From a virus (lineage: Duplodnaviria; Heunggongvirae; Uroviricota; Caudoviricetes), in IMG/VR virus record IMGVR_UViG_3300018080_000113, positions 97 through 64,096 of that record: DNA of 64,000 nucleotides; one strand, written 5' to 3'. A program made the position numbers and the translations under genes. Numbering within the stretch: the first letter of the stretch is position 1; each line of letters opens with the position of its first letter. The notes under the pieces are model-generated. The model was not told where the DNA came from and made no database searches. It was given only the letters and a program-made list of their open reading frames with translations. Below, piece by piece: positions 30,660 to 41,169 of the stretch.

Positions 30660-32296
30660 TATGTTGTCACCCGAATTGTTGGATATTGTTCTTTACACCA
30701 GATTTTTTTATTTTGATAGTCCACTATAAAGTAGTCATGAAATATTTCCAGCAAATGTACAGAGCCATATTTTTTTAACCATACACGATAGTCAGAATCA
30801 ATTCCAATTTCTTCTGATTCTACAAGTGCAAAGGGAAGAGAGTACTGTGCTTCTGGACTAATAGAAGGAAGGAAAAATAAATATTTAGTTTTGTATGTTG
30901 CAGACACACTAAGCTCACTGTCCCAATATTGAGACTCAAGAGTAACTACGTATATTCCATTTTTCATAAAGGTGATTGGAATTTGTCTGTCTACAAATAT
31001 TCCATCAGACCAACGCGTATTATCAATCCATGCGTCTGTGGTGGTTGAGAGCAACACACCACTTGCTGAAATATAGTACTCAAGATCGTCAGGATCTGAT
31101 ATGTGCCATCTAATTCTAGAAGGAGGATCTAGCACTGCGTTATTTCTTGTTCGCAATACAGCCGTTTCTCCTCTAGTATAAATCCACTTAGAAGACCATA
31201 GGTCGATCTTGGTCTCTGGGCTCTCGTCTTCTAATTTTTGTGTATTAGGAAATTCTAAAGAAGTATCATATACATAAAAGTTATTGTCATCAATTGCATA
31301 CATGAATCGAGAATTCGGCTTTAAGACAAATCCAGTTAAATCCACATTATTGTCACTCTCATCAAGCAGCTCAATTTCATATGCCGACTCTCGTTCTTCA
31401 AGGCCAGAACGAACTATATCAAAGTCACTAACGGTATAGCCTTCTCCAACAAGAGTAGAGCCAAAAGATCTTGTGTTTAAATCAAGATACAGCGGGCGTT
31501 CTCCACCTGCAGCAGGAACAAGAATATTTTGATTGTCTAGAGTGCCGTTGCGGCCCCAGGGGAAAATCTCAAGTGTTACGTATGCTTCTACATCAACATA
31601 ACTAACCATAACACTACTAACAGTTTGCCATTCATTGACTGTTTTAAAAGTACCGTTATATCTTAATGGAACTGCCTCTGTAACTTCTGTTCCTTTGCGA
31701 GTCGTACCAGCAATATAAAACTTAGGGTAATAAATACGATCTGAGGAGCGCATCTCCCATGTCTCATTGTCTTCTAGTGTTATATATAGATGACCGTCAA
31801 TAAGTATATTGCCAGGAACGACAGCACTAAGATTAGCAACTTGAGTACGTGGGACTACTTCACTATATGCATATGAAGTTTCTCCGTCGCTAATACGAGA
31901 CACAATATTATCATATGCTAATGTTTCAATATCATTTTTCTCTGCCTGTGTAATCTGATATTCAGTTCCACTTATTGTGGCATAGACAGTTGGAGGAGTA
32001 TATGTTGCTACTCCAGAAGAATCATCTTCAGATGTAAATTCCATCTCATCTGGAATGTCGAGCTTATAAAGAACAGATAGTTCATTCATGTCTGCCGTGG
32101 AAGCAAACATATTAAATCGTTCTCTTGTAAGCTGCTGTATTGTTTCTTGTATATAAAGAGCAACAGGATTTAATAACTGTTGGCCAACAGAGACAGGACT
32201 CTTACGAATATGAGACCACTCAGGTGCTCTATTTAGAACTCTCTGTGTAATCCACGAACGAGGGTATCTTCTTGTTGGGTAAATTCCAAGTGTCAT
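30659..32296 (-). CDS. Baseplate wedge-associated protein (545 aa)
   Basis: Translationally coupled (TAATG) to baseplate J and to the next gene. Confidence 0.5.
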   Translation of the reverse strand: MTLGIYPTRRYPRSWITQRVLNRAPEWSHIRKSPVSVGQQLLNPVALYIQETIQQLTRERFNMFASTADMNELSVLYKLDIPDEMEFTSEDDSSGVATYTPPTVYATISGTEYQITQAEKNDIETLAYDNIVSRISDGETSYAYSEVVPRTQVANLSAVVPGNILIDGHLYITLEDNETWEMRSSDRIYYPKFYIAGTTRKGTEVTEAVPLRYNGTFKTVNEWQTVSSVMVSYVDVEAYVTLEIFPWGRNGTLDNQNILVPAAGGERPLYLDLNTRSFGSTLVGEGYTVSDFDIVRSGLEERESAYEIELLDESDNNVDLTGFVLKPNSRFMYAIDDNNFYVYDTSLEFPNTQKLEDESPETKIDLWSSKWIYTRGETAVLRTRNNAVLDPPSRIRWHISDPDDLEYYISASGVLLSTTTDAWIDNTRWSDGIFVDRQIPITFMKNGIYVVTLESQYWDSELSVSATYKTKYLFFLPSISPEAQYSLPFALVESEEIGIDSDYRVWLKKYGSVHLLEIFHDYFIVDYQNKKIWCKEQYPTIRVTT

Positions 32297-33561
32297 TAGG
32301 CGCGGCTCCTAGTCATAAACTGAATACCTCTGTGTCTTCCTGATGTTTCAAGAATAACACGTTCATTATAAAGAGGTTCTATTCTATCGCCAGAAACTAT
32401 ATTGCGTACTGTTCCTGCTTTAATAGGGTCATTGCGATAGGCATAAACTTCTTCGAACTTGTTTGAGCTTACTGCTCCAATGCTAAATGCGTAAGGAGTA
32501 GCCTGTAGTAATATATCAATAATGTCAGAGAAATAAACGGCTTCTCCAATACCTGTATTGTTAAGGAAATTCTCAAGAGCATTGCGCATATCTTTATAAC
32601 CCTCGGCAATCTGTGCAGTAGTGGCTCTAGGGTTCCATGTGACTGCCGCAACAAACTCAAGACCAATTGGAGATGGAGCTAAAACAAAAGGACGTACACC
32701 AAATGAAGTAACACTCTGACAGGCAGCAGTAACCTCTGCAAGCAGTCGTGGACTTGTGGTAGGGGTAAGGCTCTTAACATAAAGAGAATACGTTCCTGGG
32801 CCTTGCTCGGCCATTACAGGCTTAATATCTGCAACACCAGGCACACTAATAGCTGCAAGTCTAATGGCTGCATAGATAGAAAGGTTACGAGCTTCAAATA
32901 CTTCAGAAAGTCTAAAGCGATAAGAGTCATCTGTTTCTCTGTCTTCGCCATTTGAGATAGCATATCTATTTGTACACTTAAGACCAGTGTTGCTAGTTGA
33001 AAACAACAGATAGGAAACAAAGTCATGCTGATTAAGAACATTGCGGGGAACATCTGAGTTCCTGCCCTCAAGAACAGATCTTGCAGAAACATAAACAAAC
33101 TGCTGGCCTGCTTCTGCAACTACTTGTTCTGTAGTTGAATAGCTAATAATAGCTTGGTTCTCAATACCAGGAGTAATTACAGAACCTTCATATGGAACTG
33201 TTTGTATTGTTGTGCCAACAGGAATAGTGATGTCGGCTCCACCATTAAGGTCGCCAAAGGTTCCGGTACTAACATAGAACATAATGTTCTCGTCTGTGGC
33301 TTCTGCATGAGATGGTTCTCGACGAGGAAGGTTCATCATGTCGCCAAAGAAATCTAGGAACTTACCATCTGCATATTTAATAAATGCCTGCAAAAGATTA
33401 GAGTCAAACGTAGCATGCTGACCTGCTTGTTCTTCAGCAACACTGTCCAAAATAAATCTAGCTTTGGCACCAGGTGCAAGTTGAGTAATATTTGTACTTC
33501 TGCTTAAATGATCAAGAGCATCAGATACAATGTCTCGTTGTGTTCTTTCAAAAAATGCCAT
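32296..33561 (-). CDS. Baseplate J-like wedge protein (gpJ / T4 gp6-like)
   Basis: ITIPVGTTI...VYVSARSVLEGRNSDV...CTNRYAISNGEDRETDDSYRFR...AIRLAAISVPGVADI is the classic Baseplate_J pattern. Confidence 0.85.
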   Translation of the reverse strand: MAFFERTQRDIVSDALDHLSRSTNITQLAPGAKARFILDSVAEEQAGQHATFDSNLLQAFIKYADGKFLDFFGDMMNLPRREPSHAEATDENIMFYVSTGTFGDLNGGADITIPVGTTIQTVPYEGSVITPGIENQAIISYSTTEQVVAEAGQQFVYVSARSVLEGRNSDVPRNVLNQHDFVSYLLFSTSNTGLKCTNRYAISNGEDRETDDSYRFRLSEVFEARNLSIYAAIRLAAISVPGVADIKPVMAEQGPGTYSLYVKSLTPTTSPRLLAEVTAACQSVTSFGVRPFVLAPSPIGLEFVAAVTWNPRATTAQIAEGYKDMRNALENFLNNTGIGEAVYFSDIIDILLQATPYAFSIGAVSSNKFEEVYAYRNDPIKAGTVRNIVSGDRIEPLYNERVILETSGRHRGIQFMTRSRA

Positions 33562-33574
33562 ATTATTTTAGCTC

Positions 33575-34015
33575 CTACCGAACAAAGTATGCATGATTTT
33601 CGGAGTAATCGTAAAGGAAATTAATGCCTAAATAATCGCTACCACCATTCTTGGCAGTAGGAACAACCTTCACAGAGATCCTAACCATCAGTTTATCAAC
33701 ATCTATTGGAACATATTTTACATCTAGATCAGCATTACTAACCAAGCCGTTTCTAGTGATCGATGTAACAACTCTTGTCTTAATAGCTTCTGCTGTATAT
33801 TTTGTATTAGGCTCACCAACATAGTCTTCCATGCTTGCGCCTAAGTCTGGATAGTTTCTCCAGTCGCCAACAGCAGACATAGTACGAGTGCGAATTTCTT
33901 CATATAAAGATCGCAATGGATCCTCGTAAGTATCCATAATGTCACCGTTATGTCCTAAAACTAAATCTCCTCTGGACGACCAACCAAGATCTGTTCTGTC
34001 ATAAATTTGTGGCAT
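33575..34015 (-). CDS. Baseplate wedge gp25-like sheath initiator
   Basis: GDLVLGHNGDI...YPDLGASMEDYVGEPN...AIKTRVVTSI; 146 aa; immediately upstream of gpJ. Confidence 0.75.
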   Translation of the reverse strand: MPQIYDRTDLGWSSRGDLVLGHNGDIMDTYEDPLRSLYEEIRTRTMSAVGDWRNYPDLGASMEDYVGEPNTKYTAEAIKTRVVTSITRNGLVSNADLDVKYVPIDVDKLMVRISVKVVPTAKNGGSDYLGINFLYDYSENHAYFVR

Positions 34016-34362
34016 TATATTGCTCCAGCAGCTGTTACTCCGCCAATGAGTGCGCCCATTACTGCAACTTGTTTAACAAGCTTGGCAACTTGTTTGACAG
34101 GAGGATCGATCATATACATTGGAGTTGGTGTAGCCATTGTAGAAGGAAGCATTCCAGCAATTGTGTTTTGAAATGTAAACAAGCCACCTACACGGATTTG
34201 ATTTGGGCTGGTTGCCAAACTAATTGGGCCAGTAATAGTTGTTCCGCGCTCATCAACCATAATTCCATTGTCTTCATTCACAGTAATTCTTACTGTGTTT
34301 TCAGAAATAACAACACCAGCCTTAGAGCTTGGATGTACTTTAATTGTTTTTGGATCTGCCAT
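34015..34362 (-). CDS. Small beta-strand protein (115 aa), candidate spike C-terminal part
   Basis: AGVVISENTVRITVNEDNGIMVDERGTTITG resembles a beta-helix; position between hub and gp25. Confidence 0.4.
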   Translation of the reverse strand: MADPKTIKVHPSSKAGVVISENTVRITVNEDNGIMVDERGTTITGPISLATSPNQIRVGGLFTFQNTIAGMLPSTMATPTPMYMIDPPVKQVAKLVKQVAVMGALIGGVTAAGAI

Positions 34363-34388
34363 AATTTCTCCTTGTTGTTATTATACCA

Positions 34389-34829
34389 TTACATCATACC
34401 AGAACCTGGAGGTGCATATGCAGCTCCTTTGGCAACTAATTCGTTAGCAACACTAACAGCTTCAAACTTGCCGCCCTCTAGTTCTTGAAGGCGTCTAGTA
34501 ACAAGAGCAACACCATTGTTTACAGTTGTGCCTTGATAAAATACAATTGCTTCCCATCGTTCTTGGTCTCCGCCAGTCATATTACTAGGCGTTCCATATA
34601 GTTGAGATAATTGGTCTTCTGTTCCAATAATAGGAATAGGACCTGTCTTCCCAACAACTTGGCCTGCTCCATCAAGAAGATCCATAAAGAAGACATATAG
34701 TCCTTTGTGAGATTCTTTAAGAACAGCACGAGCATTCTTAAACCTGCTAACATCTATATGGTCTAGCTTGCTACCAACTCTATTAAGATGAGCACCAAGT
34801 GAACTATGTCCTCCAAATTCTCTACTCAT
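34389..34829 (-). CDS. Hypothetical protein (146 aa), candidate spike OB-fold part
   Basis: Directly follows the hub gene; beta-rich. Confidence 0.35.
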   Translation of the reverse strand: MSREFGGHSSLGAHLNRVGSKLDHIDVSRFKNARAVLKESHKGLYVFFMDLLDGAGQVVGKTGPIPIIGTEDQLSQLYGTPSNMTGGDQERWEAIVFYQGTTVNNGVALVTRRLQELEGGKFEAVSVANELVAKGAAYAPPGSGMM

Positions 34830-37800
34830 TTGGGTTTGCCTCCTTTAATCCACCTGTTGCATCTGCGCCGAAGAATTCATAGAAGCCAGCAGCCATATCA
34901 ACACGAGCATTAAACATTGCTTCAGAAAGATCAAATTTTCTCCAAGCACTTCCAAGATCATCCCAGTATTGATTCCATTTGCCAAACAGACTAAAGAACA
35001 AAGATGTTTTGTTAGATCCAAGAGTATTGCTAATAAATGGTTTTCCACCAAGCGTTAATGGTGTTGCCACTACTGGAGCGCCTTCTTGTGTCCACGTCAT
35101 AAACTTTACACCAGCAGCAAGGCCCAAGTGGCTAATGCCTTTAAGTGCAGTCCAAGCAGGATTTGGAGTAAGAACATCTCCCCATGTAAAAGACATGGCA
35201 GACGAGGTAATATCAAATACAGTAGCAGTGTAATAATCATTAACCTCTAGGCACAGATCTGGAGTAATGATAGAAACAAATCCATTGTCACGATTAAAGA
35301 TATGAGTAACAGATTCTACTTCAATAGGACCTGTCATATTAATAGAACTATCGTTCAAATAACAAACATCATATGGCTTCAGTTTCTCGTCTCCAACAAT
35401 ACATAACTCGCCTTTGTATGAGTCTCTTAGTGTTCTGGCAAATAGGCCCTGCGCATAGCGTTTAGCCATATCGCTTGTAACACAAGAAGGATACTCTGCT
35501 CTATACGAACGAATAGAAGAGTCAGGAATATTCTCATCAAGACGTAATGCCAAAAATCCTGCTTCTCCACGTGCAACTTCTGCTATGTTCTCTGCAGTGT
35601 CGTCTGCATCTGGATCAGTGATAGTATTTTCACTCTCACTATAGTTAAGTTCGATTTCATTGTATGTGCCATCAACCGATGTTCTAATCTCATTGTATAA
35701 AATATGATGGAAGCTATCGAAATAATGATAGTTTCTAAATGGCACATAGCGACCAAACAATTCACCTAAACTAAAACCAACATCAAATCTTGAGCCAATA
35801 GTCATGATGTCATTAAACAAGGCAGAGCCAAATTCTGGACTCTTCTCGACAAACTTAACAAGTTCATTAACCATTCCATTATGCAACAAATTAAGCCCCT
35901 CTTTACGAATCTTTATGATGTCATTTTTTGCACTTCTTGAAAGCTGAACTTCAAGAGCACTAGGAGGCTTGCTCCAGTAATGCTGAACCTTATTGCCAAA
36001 GAACATAGTCATTCTAGGTTCGTGTCCATATGGTACGGCCGAAGAAATATATCCGGGGTGACGGAGTTCGTGTTCTTTAAAGATCTCCCAAGAGGTTTGT
36101 TTTAGAGGTCTGTAAATGCATGCATTGTTCCAAAACTTTGTCCAGGTAGACGCATATGAATCAGGAGGCGGAGCATAGATATTGTCATCTTGTTGGAAGT
36201 TCTTAAATTGATATTGATTAAAAACAGATTCAAGTCCTCTTGTAGACCATTCTTGTAGAATGTTAGTAGGACTCAAATCGGAAATAAGATTTGTGCCTCT
36301 TCCTCCGGTCCATGCATGTCTTGCAGCTGCAGGATTGTCCATTGCAAATCTATCCTGTCTACCAAAGTTGACAATAGACGGATGGATTGTTGAGCCCGAA
36401 AGAACCTCTTGTGAGGACATAAAATACGGGCCGTTTTCAAGAGGACCGAACTCTACAGATTCTAGCTCTGCCCCATACCCTTGACATGCAATTTCAATAA
36501 TCTTGCCTTTTTCTGCTAAAGACATCTCAACAACCTGACCAAGGAAAACACTTTCAAGGTTGTCTTGGTTTGCTGCATACCCTAAACGAATTTGAACTTT
36601 AACTCCATCTTGAAGGATCATTTTTTCGAACGGGTGTTCTCTTTCGGTATCTGCAAAAATACCTTGCTTCTCTGCATTCTTTCCGTACTTGGTGTGGCTT
36701 TTGTCACTTTCGCCAAAACGTCTACGTAATAAAAGACCACCAACATTTGTCATTCTAATAATTGCCATGTCTGCTGCAATTTTTCTAGAACGTGTAATCT
36801 TAATTTCTTGAATAGCAGAGTAGCTATAGAAATCATCAAACGCCCTTACGACTCCGCCTTCAACAAGTTCAGTCTCGGTGCTATCGTCTTCAATAAAAAA
36901 TATTTTAAAGGTAGGATATGCACGACGCATTGAAAGATCATTTTGTTTCTTTCCTAAAGAAACCCTAGATGCAGCCTGTGCCATTTGGTCAAATTCTTTA
37001 TCCTTCTTAATCTTCGAGAAAACATGATCATATTTGGCAGCTGCCATATCAATACCAGCGCTAGTAGCTCTTTCAAATTGTTTTTCAAATTGTTTTTCAA
37101 AAAACTTAGTAAATGCGCCAAAAACTCCTCCTGTAGCTACACCTCCAGCAATTCTACCAGCATCACTACTTTTCGCTTCGTCTATTTCTTCTTTAACGGC
37201 TGCTTCTTTCTCTGCTTTTGTTTCTCCAAAAGTCACAGCTCCGTCAGGAGTAACAGTTATTTCTCCAGGCAATACCTCAGTCGGAAAAGTGGTATCAGCA
37301 GCTTTTTGTTTAGCGGCCTCAATATCATCTGCAAGTTTTTGTGTAGATGGTTCTGTAAGTTTTCCAGACATGGCATCATCAACAGAAGCATATAAAGGAT
37401 TAGGGCCAAATACTAATGCTTCTTCCGCACCTTTGTACATTGCTTTTATAAGATTACTATTGTCTCTTTCGGTAATAGGGCTGTCCCAATTACGACCATT
37501 ACGAACATAAGCAGGCATTTTTAAAAGATTATTTAGATATGTCTTACGCTGGTCGGTTGGAGTCCCATCTCCAAGATTTGCCGAAACAGCACTTTGCCAC
37601 TTTTGAACACCGGCAATAGCAGGGTCTTGTTTGTCTTTTCGAGTATAAAGAGGTTCCCATGATTTTGCTCCATTTGTATAAAAATCCCAATAAGAAGAAA
37701 CATTACGTTCTCCCTCAGACCGTTCATGTTCTGAAGCTCGTTGTTCAAGTATACGAGGTAAGTTTTTAGACAGATACGAGCCACCAAGAAAACATTTGTC

Positions 37801-40800
37801 TATATATCTTTCAATAGATGCATATTCTGTTTCAGCATGACGACGTAAAAACTTTTCCATATTCTTATCGTCAGTCATACTAGAAACTAAAGGATCTTCA
37901 TGTGAATCGTCATAGACATAGAATTCTGGAGGAAGAGGGACTATAGTACCAGGAACACTTGGAAGGTCAATGTCTTTGTAACATGATGATATGTCTCCAG
38001 AAATAACATTCTTAATACCATCTGTAACACCTGGAAAGAACTCATCCATAACTTGACTGTCGGCCATGTGCTTATAAAATTCACGAACAAGAATCTCCAT
38101 CCTAGAAAGCCAAGCGTCAAATAAGTTTTTATGGAGCCTGTTTGTTTCAGGACTCCCATTGTGTTCAAACTTACCGTTGTATTCATCATTACGGCCTTTG
38201 GCCAAATCTGCAATGTCTTTAGCTGCATTGTCCATAGGTCCATAATAATCATACAGATGAGCTGCATTTCTTTCGTTGGAAGCAATTCTCGTATAGTCAC
38301 CAGTAAATATATTTCCTGCACCCCAAACTTTATAAATATCTCTCCAAGTCTGCCCTGTCTTTTTGTGTATTTTCCAGCTAATAGGAGGCATCTTGTCATC
38401 TGTTTCTCTACATATCTTAGCTGCCTCTGCAATCATTTTACCAACCCACAGTGGAGTATTGCCAATTAGCCTGTGTGGCCTGCCAGTATCAGACGCATTC
38501 ATACGAACAATAGAATTGTCTGCATGGATTATGTTTATTGTTTGATTCCCAGTACGATTAACATCTTTCTTGCGTACGGTTTTTACATATTGAAGAATAG
38601 ACTTGATAATTTTTTGTTTATCACCAAGAGTTGTGGCCATCTTTTGTTCGTACTTTTCTTCAGCAAACTCTTGATTAATAAATTCAATAACCAACTGATG
38701 CTTATCTGCTCCATCTGGTGAGTTAGATTCTTGAATATCAGAAATAACAATATTATCAATACCAGCTAATGCCATGATTGTGTTTTGTTCGCCAGTACCA
38801 AAATGAGTATGCTCAAGACCAATAGAGCCAACACTTTTAATTATGGAAGTAAATGTTCTTGCGTTGTCACGAGCCTTCCAAATAAGTTGTTTGATTATAG
38901 CAGCAGACCTACGGCCTTCTGCACCAGCAAAGGTCAAAACAATTTGACCACTTTTATTGCCTGCGCCGAGAAACTGATAGCTATAGAATGGCTGGCTTAA
39001 CAAAGGCATAGGTGCAATCCTGTGTCCAAAGTTAACAGACACAGCAGAACACACAATGTTCTTAAGGGCCTGCCCTGATCTTTGTACATCTGGATCGCTG
39101 GAGACATTAATTTCTATATCTCTATAAAATACGTTTTTTACTTTTGGATCATCGTAATAATAATGAACTTTATGTTGCTTCTCAATACTTTCAATCCATT
39201 CTATTCTTGCCTGAAGAGACTTTGTTCCTTTATCTAGTTTCTTTTGTTCTTGAACTTTTTTCTCTGGATTGGTTTTTCCTTCAGCCAAATCTTGTTTCTT
39301 TTGGATTAACTCTGCGACAGTGCCTTGTTGCTTGGCAACATCTTTTGTTTGTTTCTTTCTGTCTTCTTTTGTTCCAAAATCACTTTCAATTTCATCAACA
39401 TCAGATGCTATCTCACCAGAAATATGATCTCCAGAAAGAGCATAATGATCATTCAGGTATTTGTTTAAGGATGATCGACTACCTGTCTTGATAAGATAAT
39501 TAGATTTTTCTCCTTTACCAGACGCATCAACCCAGAACGTACTTGTTGGCCTAGCGTCCATATGACAAAACACAGAATTAGGATAATAGCCAGCTCCAAC
39601 ACGAGGAAGTCTTTTTATAAATTCAAATAGATCTCTATTTGGAATGCCTCTAACACGAAAGTCCATTGCTGTGCCTAGAATGTGATTGCTAGGTTTTTTC
39701 TTAGGACGCGAAAGACCTTTCTTTACCCAATTTGGATCTCTCTGTGTGGAAATAATTTCAATTGTTCTTCCAGGATAATTATTTGCTACAGCGGCAACAA
39801 GCTTAATAAGATCAACAGAAAGAAACACAGGCTCGTTAGCAGTCAGTTTTCTTCTGTCTGCAAACTTTGTAAGCTGCCATCTTGTTTCAGTAGGAACGTT
39901 TCCATTCTCATCAAGAAGAGGAATGGTTAGTTTTCCACCAGAAACATTGGTAAAGTTTATTGGTCGAGTTGGATCTGTATTTTGTGAGAACTCTACAAGC
40001 TCATCAGCACGTCTTTCAGAAGCAGTAGTGCCAGAAGGAGTGCGTCTGGTTGCTTCGTTTGCTTTGTCAGCAAGAGCTTCTTTCCATGCCTTCGCTTGAT
40101 ACAGAGGATGAATTTCTGTATATCTAGAATTCATAAGACCAACAAGCGTACCTTTATTTTCTGCTTGTCTGTCCTCTGGAGGCTGGAACGAAAAGAACTC
40201 TCGCAGCCTAAAACCAATATAGTCTGAAGGCTCACCGGCAATTGGTTTGCTTTGTCTCTCTAAGTGATTGGCAAAATACATCCAAGCATCAGAAGCAGAA
40301 GGAAAATTAACAGGAAGGTTTTCTTTCTTTGATTTGGTTAGGTTTTTAATACCATCTCTAACTTGTTGAGATGTACGTTCAGCAATCTTAGATATAGTGT
40401 AATCAGATGCCTCGTAACCACCAAATTCAGATAGGTTAACTTGTGATATTTCTGAAAATGATTTGTGTTCTGGTTCTTCGGTAAACCCAGGAAGTCTAGC
40501 GTTATAATAAAAATGATTACTAAAAGGCTTGTAATTGAAATAGTGCAACTGCATATCCAATACAATTAGGCCGACAGTCCCTGTTGTGCTTCGAAGTGTT
40601 GCTGCTTCAAGAACAAAAATAGTAGTATCCGACTCGCCAAGATCAAGTTTTTGTTTTATGTCATTGTTATATACAAATATAAATGGATGTTTTGAAGCCT
40701 CAGCGACAAGTCTTTTAAGTTTGTTGGCCTGAGCTTCTCCAGGAGGAAACGACAAACTAAGACGTAAAATAAGATCTTGTCTTCCTTCAGAATCAATAAC

Positions 40801-41166
40801 TGGAGCTTGAGAACGAACTGTTTCTCCAACAAACACATCTGCTGCTGCTTCAATAGAAATGGCAGCAGTAGGAACACCAGTAAGAACAATATCATTAAGA
40901 ATTAAATAACTATCTGGAAACATAGAGAGGCTTGTAGAGGAAAAAACAGACTTGGCGCTAGTTAAAGAAGTTTCTATTTGATCTCTATATTGAGTGTTAT
41001 TAGTGCCGTCTGGTAGACTAGGATCAGATACTCCATTCGCAAAATCATCTTGAAGCTGCTGTTCGATTGGATCACTACGCCCAAAGGACTCAAACTGTTC
41101 GTCTGGATAGCGCTTAACAGGATCTTGTTCTTGAGTAAACCCAGTCTTATTTCCATAGTTTATCAT
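34822..41166 (-). CDS. Baseplate hub-like mega-protein (2114 aa) with an internal M15 (YcbK/MepK-like) Zn peptidase
   Basis: H495-x6-D502 (SNHILGTAMDFRV) and H535-x-D537 (GAGYYPNSVFCHMDAR). The C-terminal DGVKVQIRLGY...VFLGQVVEM...IEIACQGYG is a gp27/gpD hub-type pattern. Confidence 0.7.
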   Translation of the reverse strand: MINYGNKTGFTQEQDPVKRYPDEQFESFGRSDPIEQQLQDDFANGVSDPSLPDGTNNTQYRDQIETSLTSAKSVFSSTSLSMFPDSYLILNDIVLTGVPTAAISIEAAADVFVGETVRSQAPVIDSEGRQDLILRLSLSFPPGEAQANKLKRLVAEASKHPFIFVYNNDIKQKLDLGESDTTIFVLEAATLRSTTGTVGLIVLDMQLHYFNYKPFSNHFYYNARLPGFTEEPEHKSFSEISQVNLSEFGGYEASDYTISKIAERTSQQVRDGIKNLTKSKKENLPVNFPSASDAWMYFANHLERQSKPIAGEPSDYIGFRLREFFSFQPPEDRQAENKGTLVGLMNSRYTEIHPLYQAKAWKEALADKANEATRRTPSGTTASERRADELVEFSQNTDPTRPINFTNVSGGKLTIPLLDENGNVPTETRWQLTKFADRRKLTANEPVFLSVDLIKLVAAVANNYPGRTIEIISTQRDPNWVKKGLSRPKKKPSNHILGTAMDFRVRGIPNRDLFEFIKRLPRVGAGYYPNSVFCHMDARPTSTFWVDASGKGEKSNYLIKTGSRSSLNKYLNDHYALSGDHISGEIASDVDEIESDFGTKEDRKKQTKDVAKQQGTVAELIQKKQDLAEGKTNPEKKVQEQKKLDKGTKSLQARIEWIESIEKQHKVHYYYDDPKVKNVFYRDIEINVSSDPDVQRSGQALKNIVCSAVSVNFGHRIAPMPLLSQPFYSYQFLGAGNKSGQIVLTFAGAEGRRSAAIIKQLIWKARDNARTFTSIIKSVGSIGLEHTHFGTGEQNTIMALAGIDNIVISDIQESNSPDGADKHQLVIEFINQEFAEEKYEQKMATTLGDKQKIIKSILQYVKTVRKKDVNRTGNQTINIIHADNSIVRMNASDTGRPHRLIGNTPLWVGKMIAEAAKICRETDDKMPPISWKIHKKTGQTWRDIYKVWGAGNIFTGDYTRIASNERNAAHLYDYYGPMDNAAKDIADLAKGRNDEYNGKFEHNGSPETNRLHKNLFDAWLSRMEILVREFYKHMADSQVMDEFFPGVTDGIKNVISGDISSCYKDIDLPSVPGTIVPLPPEFYVYDDSHEDPLVSSMTDDKNMEKFLRRHAETEYASIERYIDKCFLGGSYLSKNLPRILEQRASEHERSEGERNVSSYWDFYTNGAKSWEPLYTRKDKQDPAIAGVQKWQSAVSANLGDGTPTDQRKTYLNNLLKMPAYVRNGRNWDSPITERDNSNLIKAMYKGAEEALVFGPNPLYASVDDAMSGKLTEPSTQKLADDIEAAKQKAADTTFPTEVLPGEITVTPDGAVTFGETKAEKEAAVKEEIDEAKSSDAGRIAGGVATGGVFGAFTKFFEKQFEKQFERATSAGIDMAAAKYDHVFSKIKKDKEFDQMAQAASRVSLGKKQNDLSMRRAYPTFKIFFIEDDSTETELVEGGVVRAFDDFYSYSAIQEIKITRSRKIAADMAIIRMTNVGGLLLRRRFGESDKSHTKYGKNAEKQGIFADTEREHPFEKMILQDGVKVQIRLGYAANQDNLESVFLGQVVEMSLAEKGKIIEIACQGYGAELESVEFGPLENGPYFMSSQEVLSGSTIHPSIVNFGRQDRFAMDNPAAARHAWTGGRGTNLISDLSPTNILQEWSTRGLESVFNQYQFKNFQQDDNIYAPPPDSYASTWTKFWNNACIYRPLKQTSWEIFKEHELRHPGYISSAVPYGHEPRMTMFFGNKVQHYWSKPPSALEVQLSRSAKNDIIKIRKEGLNLLHNGMVNELVKFVEKSPEFGSALFNDIMTIGSRFDVGFSLGELFGRYVPFRNYHYFDSFHHILYNEIRTSVDGTYNEIELNYSESENTITDPDADDTAENIAEVARGEAGFLALRLDENIPDSSIRSYRAEYPSCVTSDMAKRYAQGLFARTLRDSYKGELCIVGDEKLKPYDVCYLNDSSINMTGPIEVESVTHIFNRDNGFVSIITPDLCLEVNDYYTATVFDITSSAMSFTWGDVLTPNPAWTALKGISHLGLAAGVKFMTWTQEGAPVVATPLTLGGKPFISNTLGSNKTSLFFSLFGKWNQYWDDLGSAWRKFDLSEAMFNARVDMAAGFYEFFGADATGGLKEANPNE

Positions 41167-41169
41167 GTG

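Noticed and set aside
33575-34015. Lysozyme function for the gp25-like protein
   Set aside because: gp25-family proteins are structural sheath initiators, and no catalytic motif is visible.
39520-39800. Specific host assignment from the M15 YYPNSxFxHxD motif
   Set aside because: It resembles Gram-negative YcbK-type proteins, but one motif cannot identify a host without a search.
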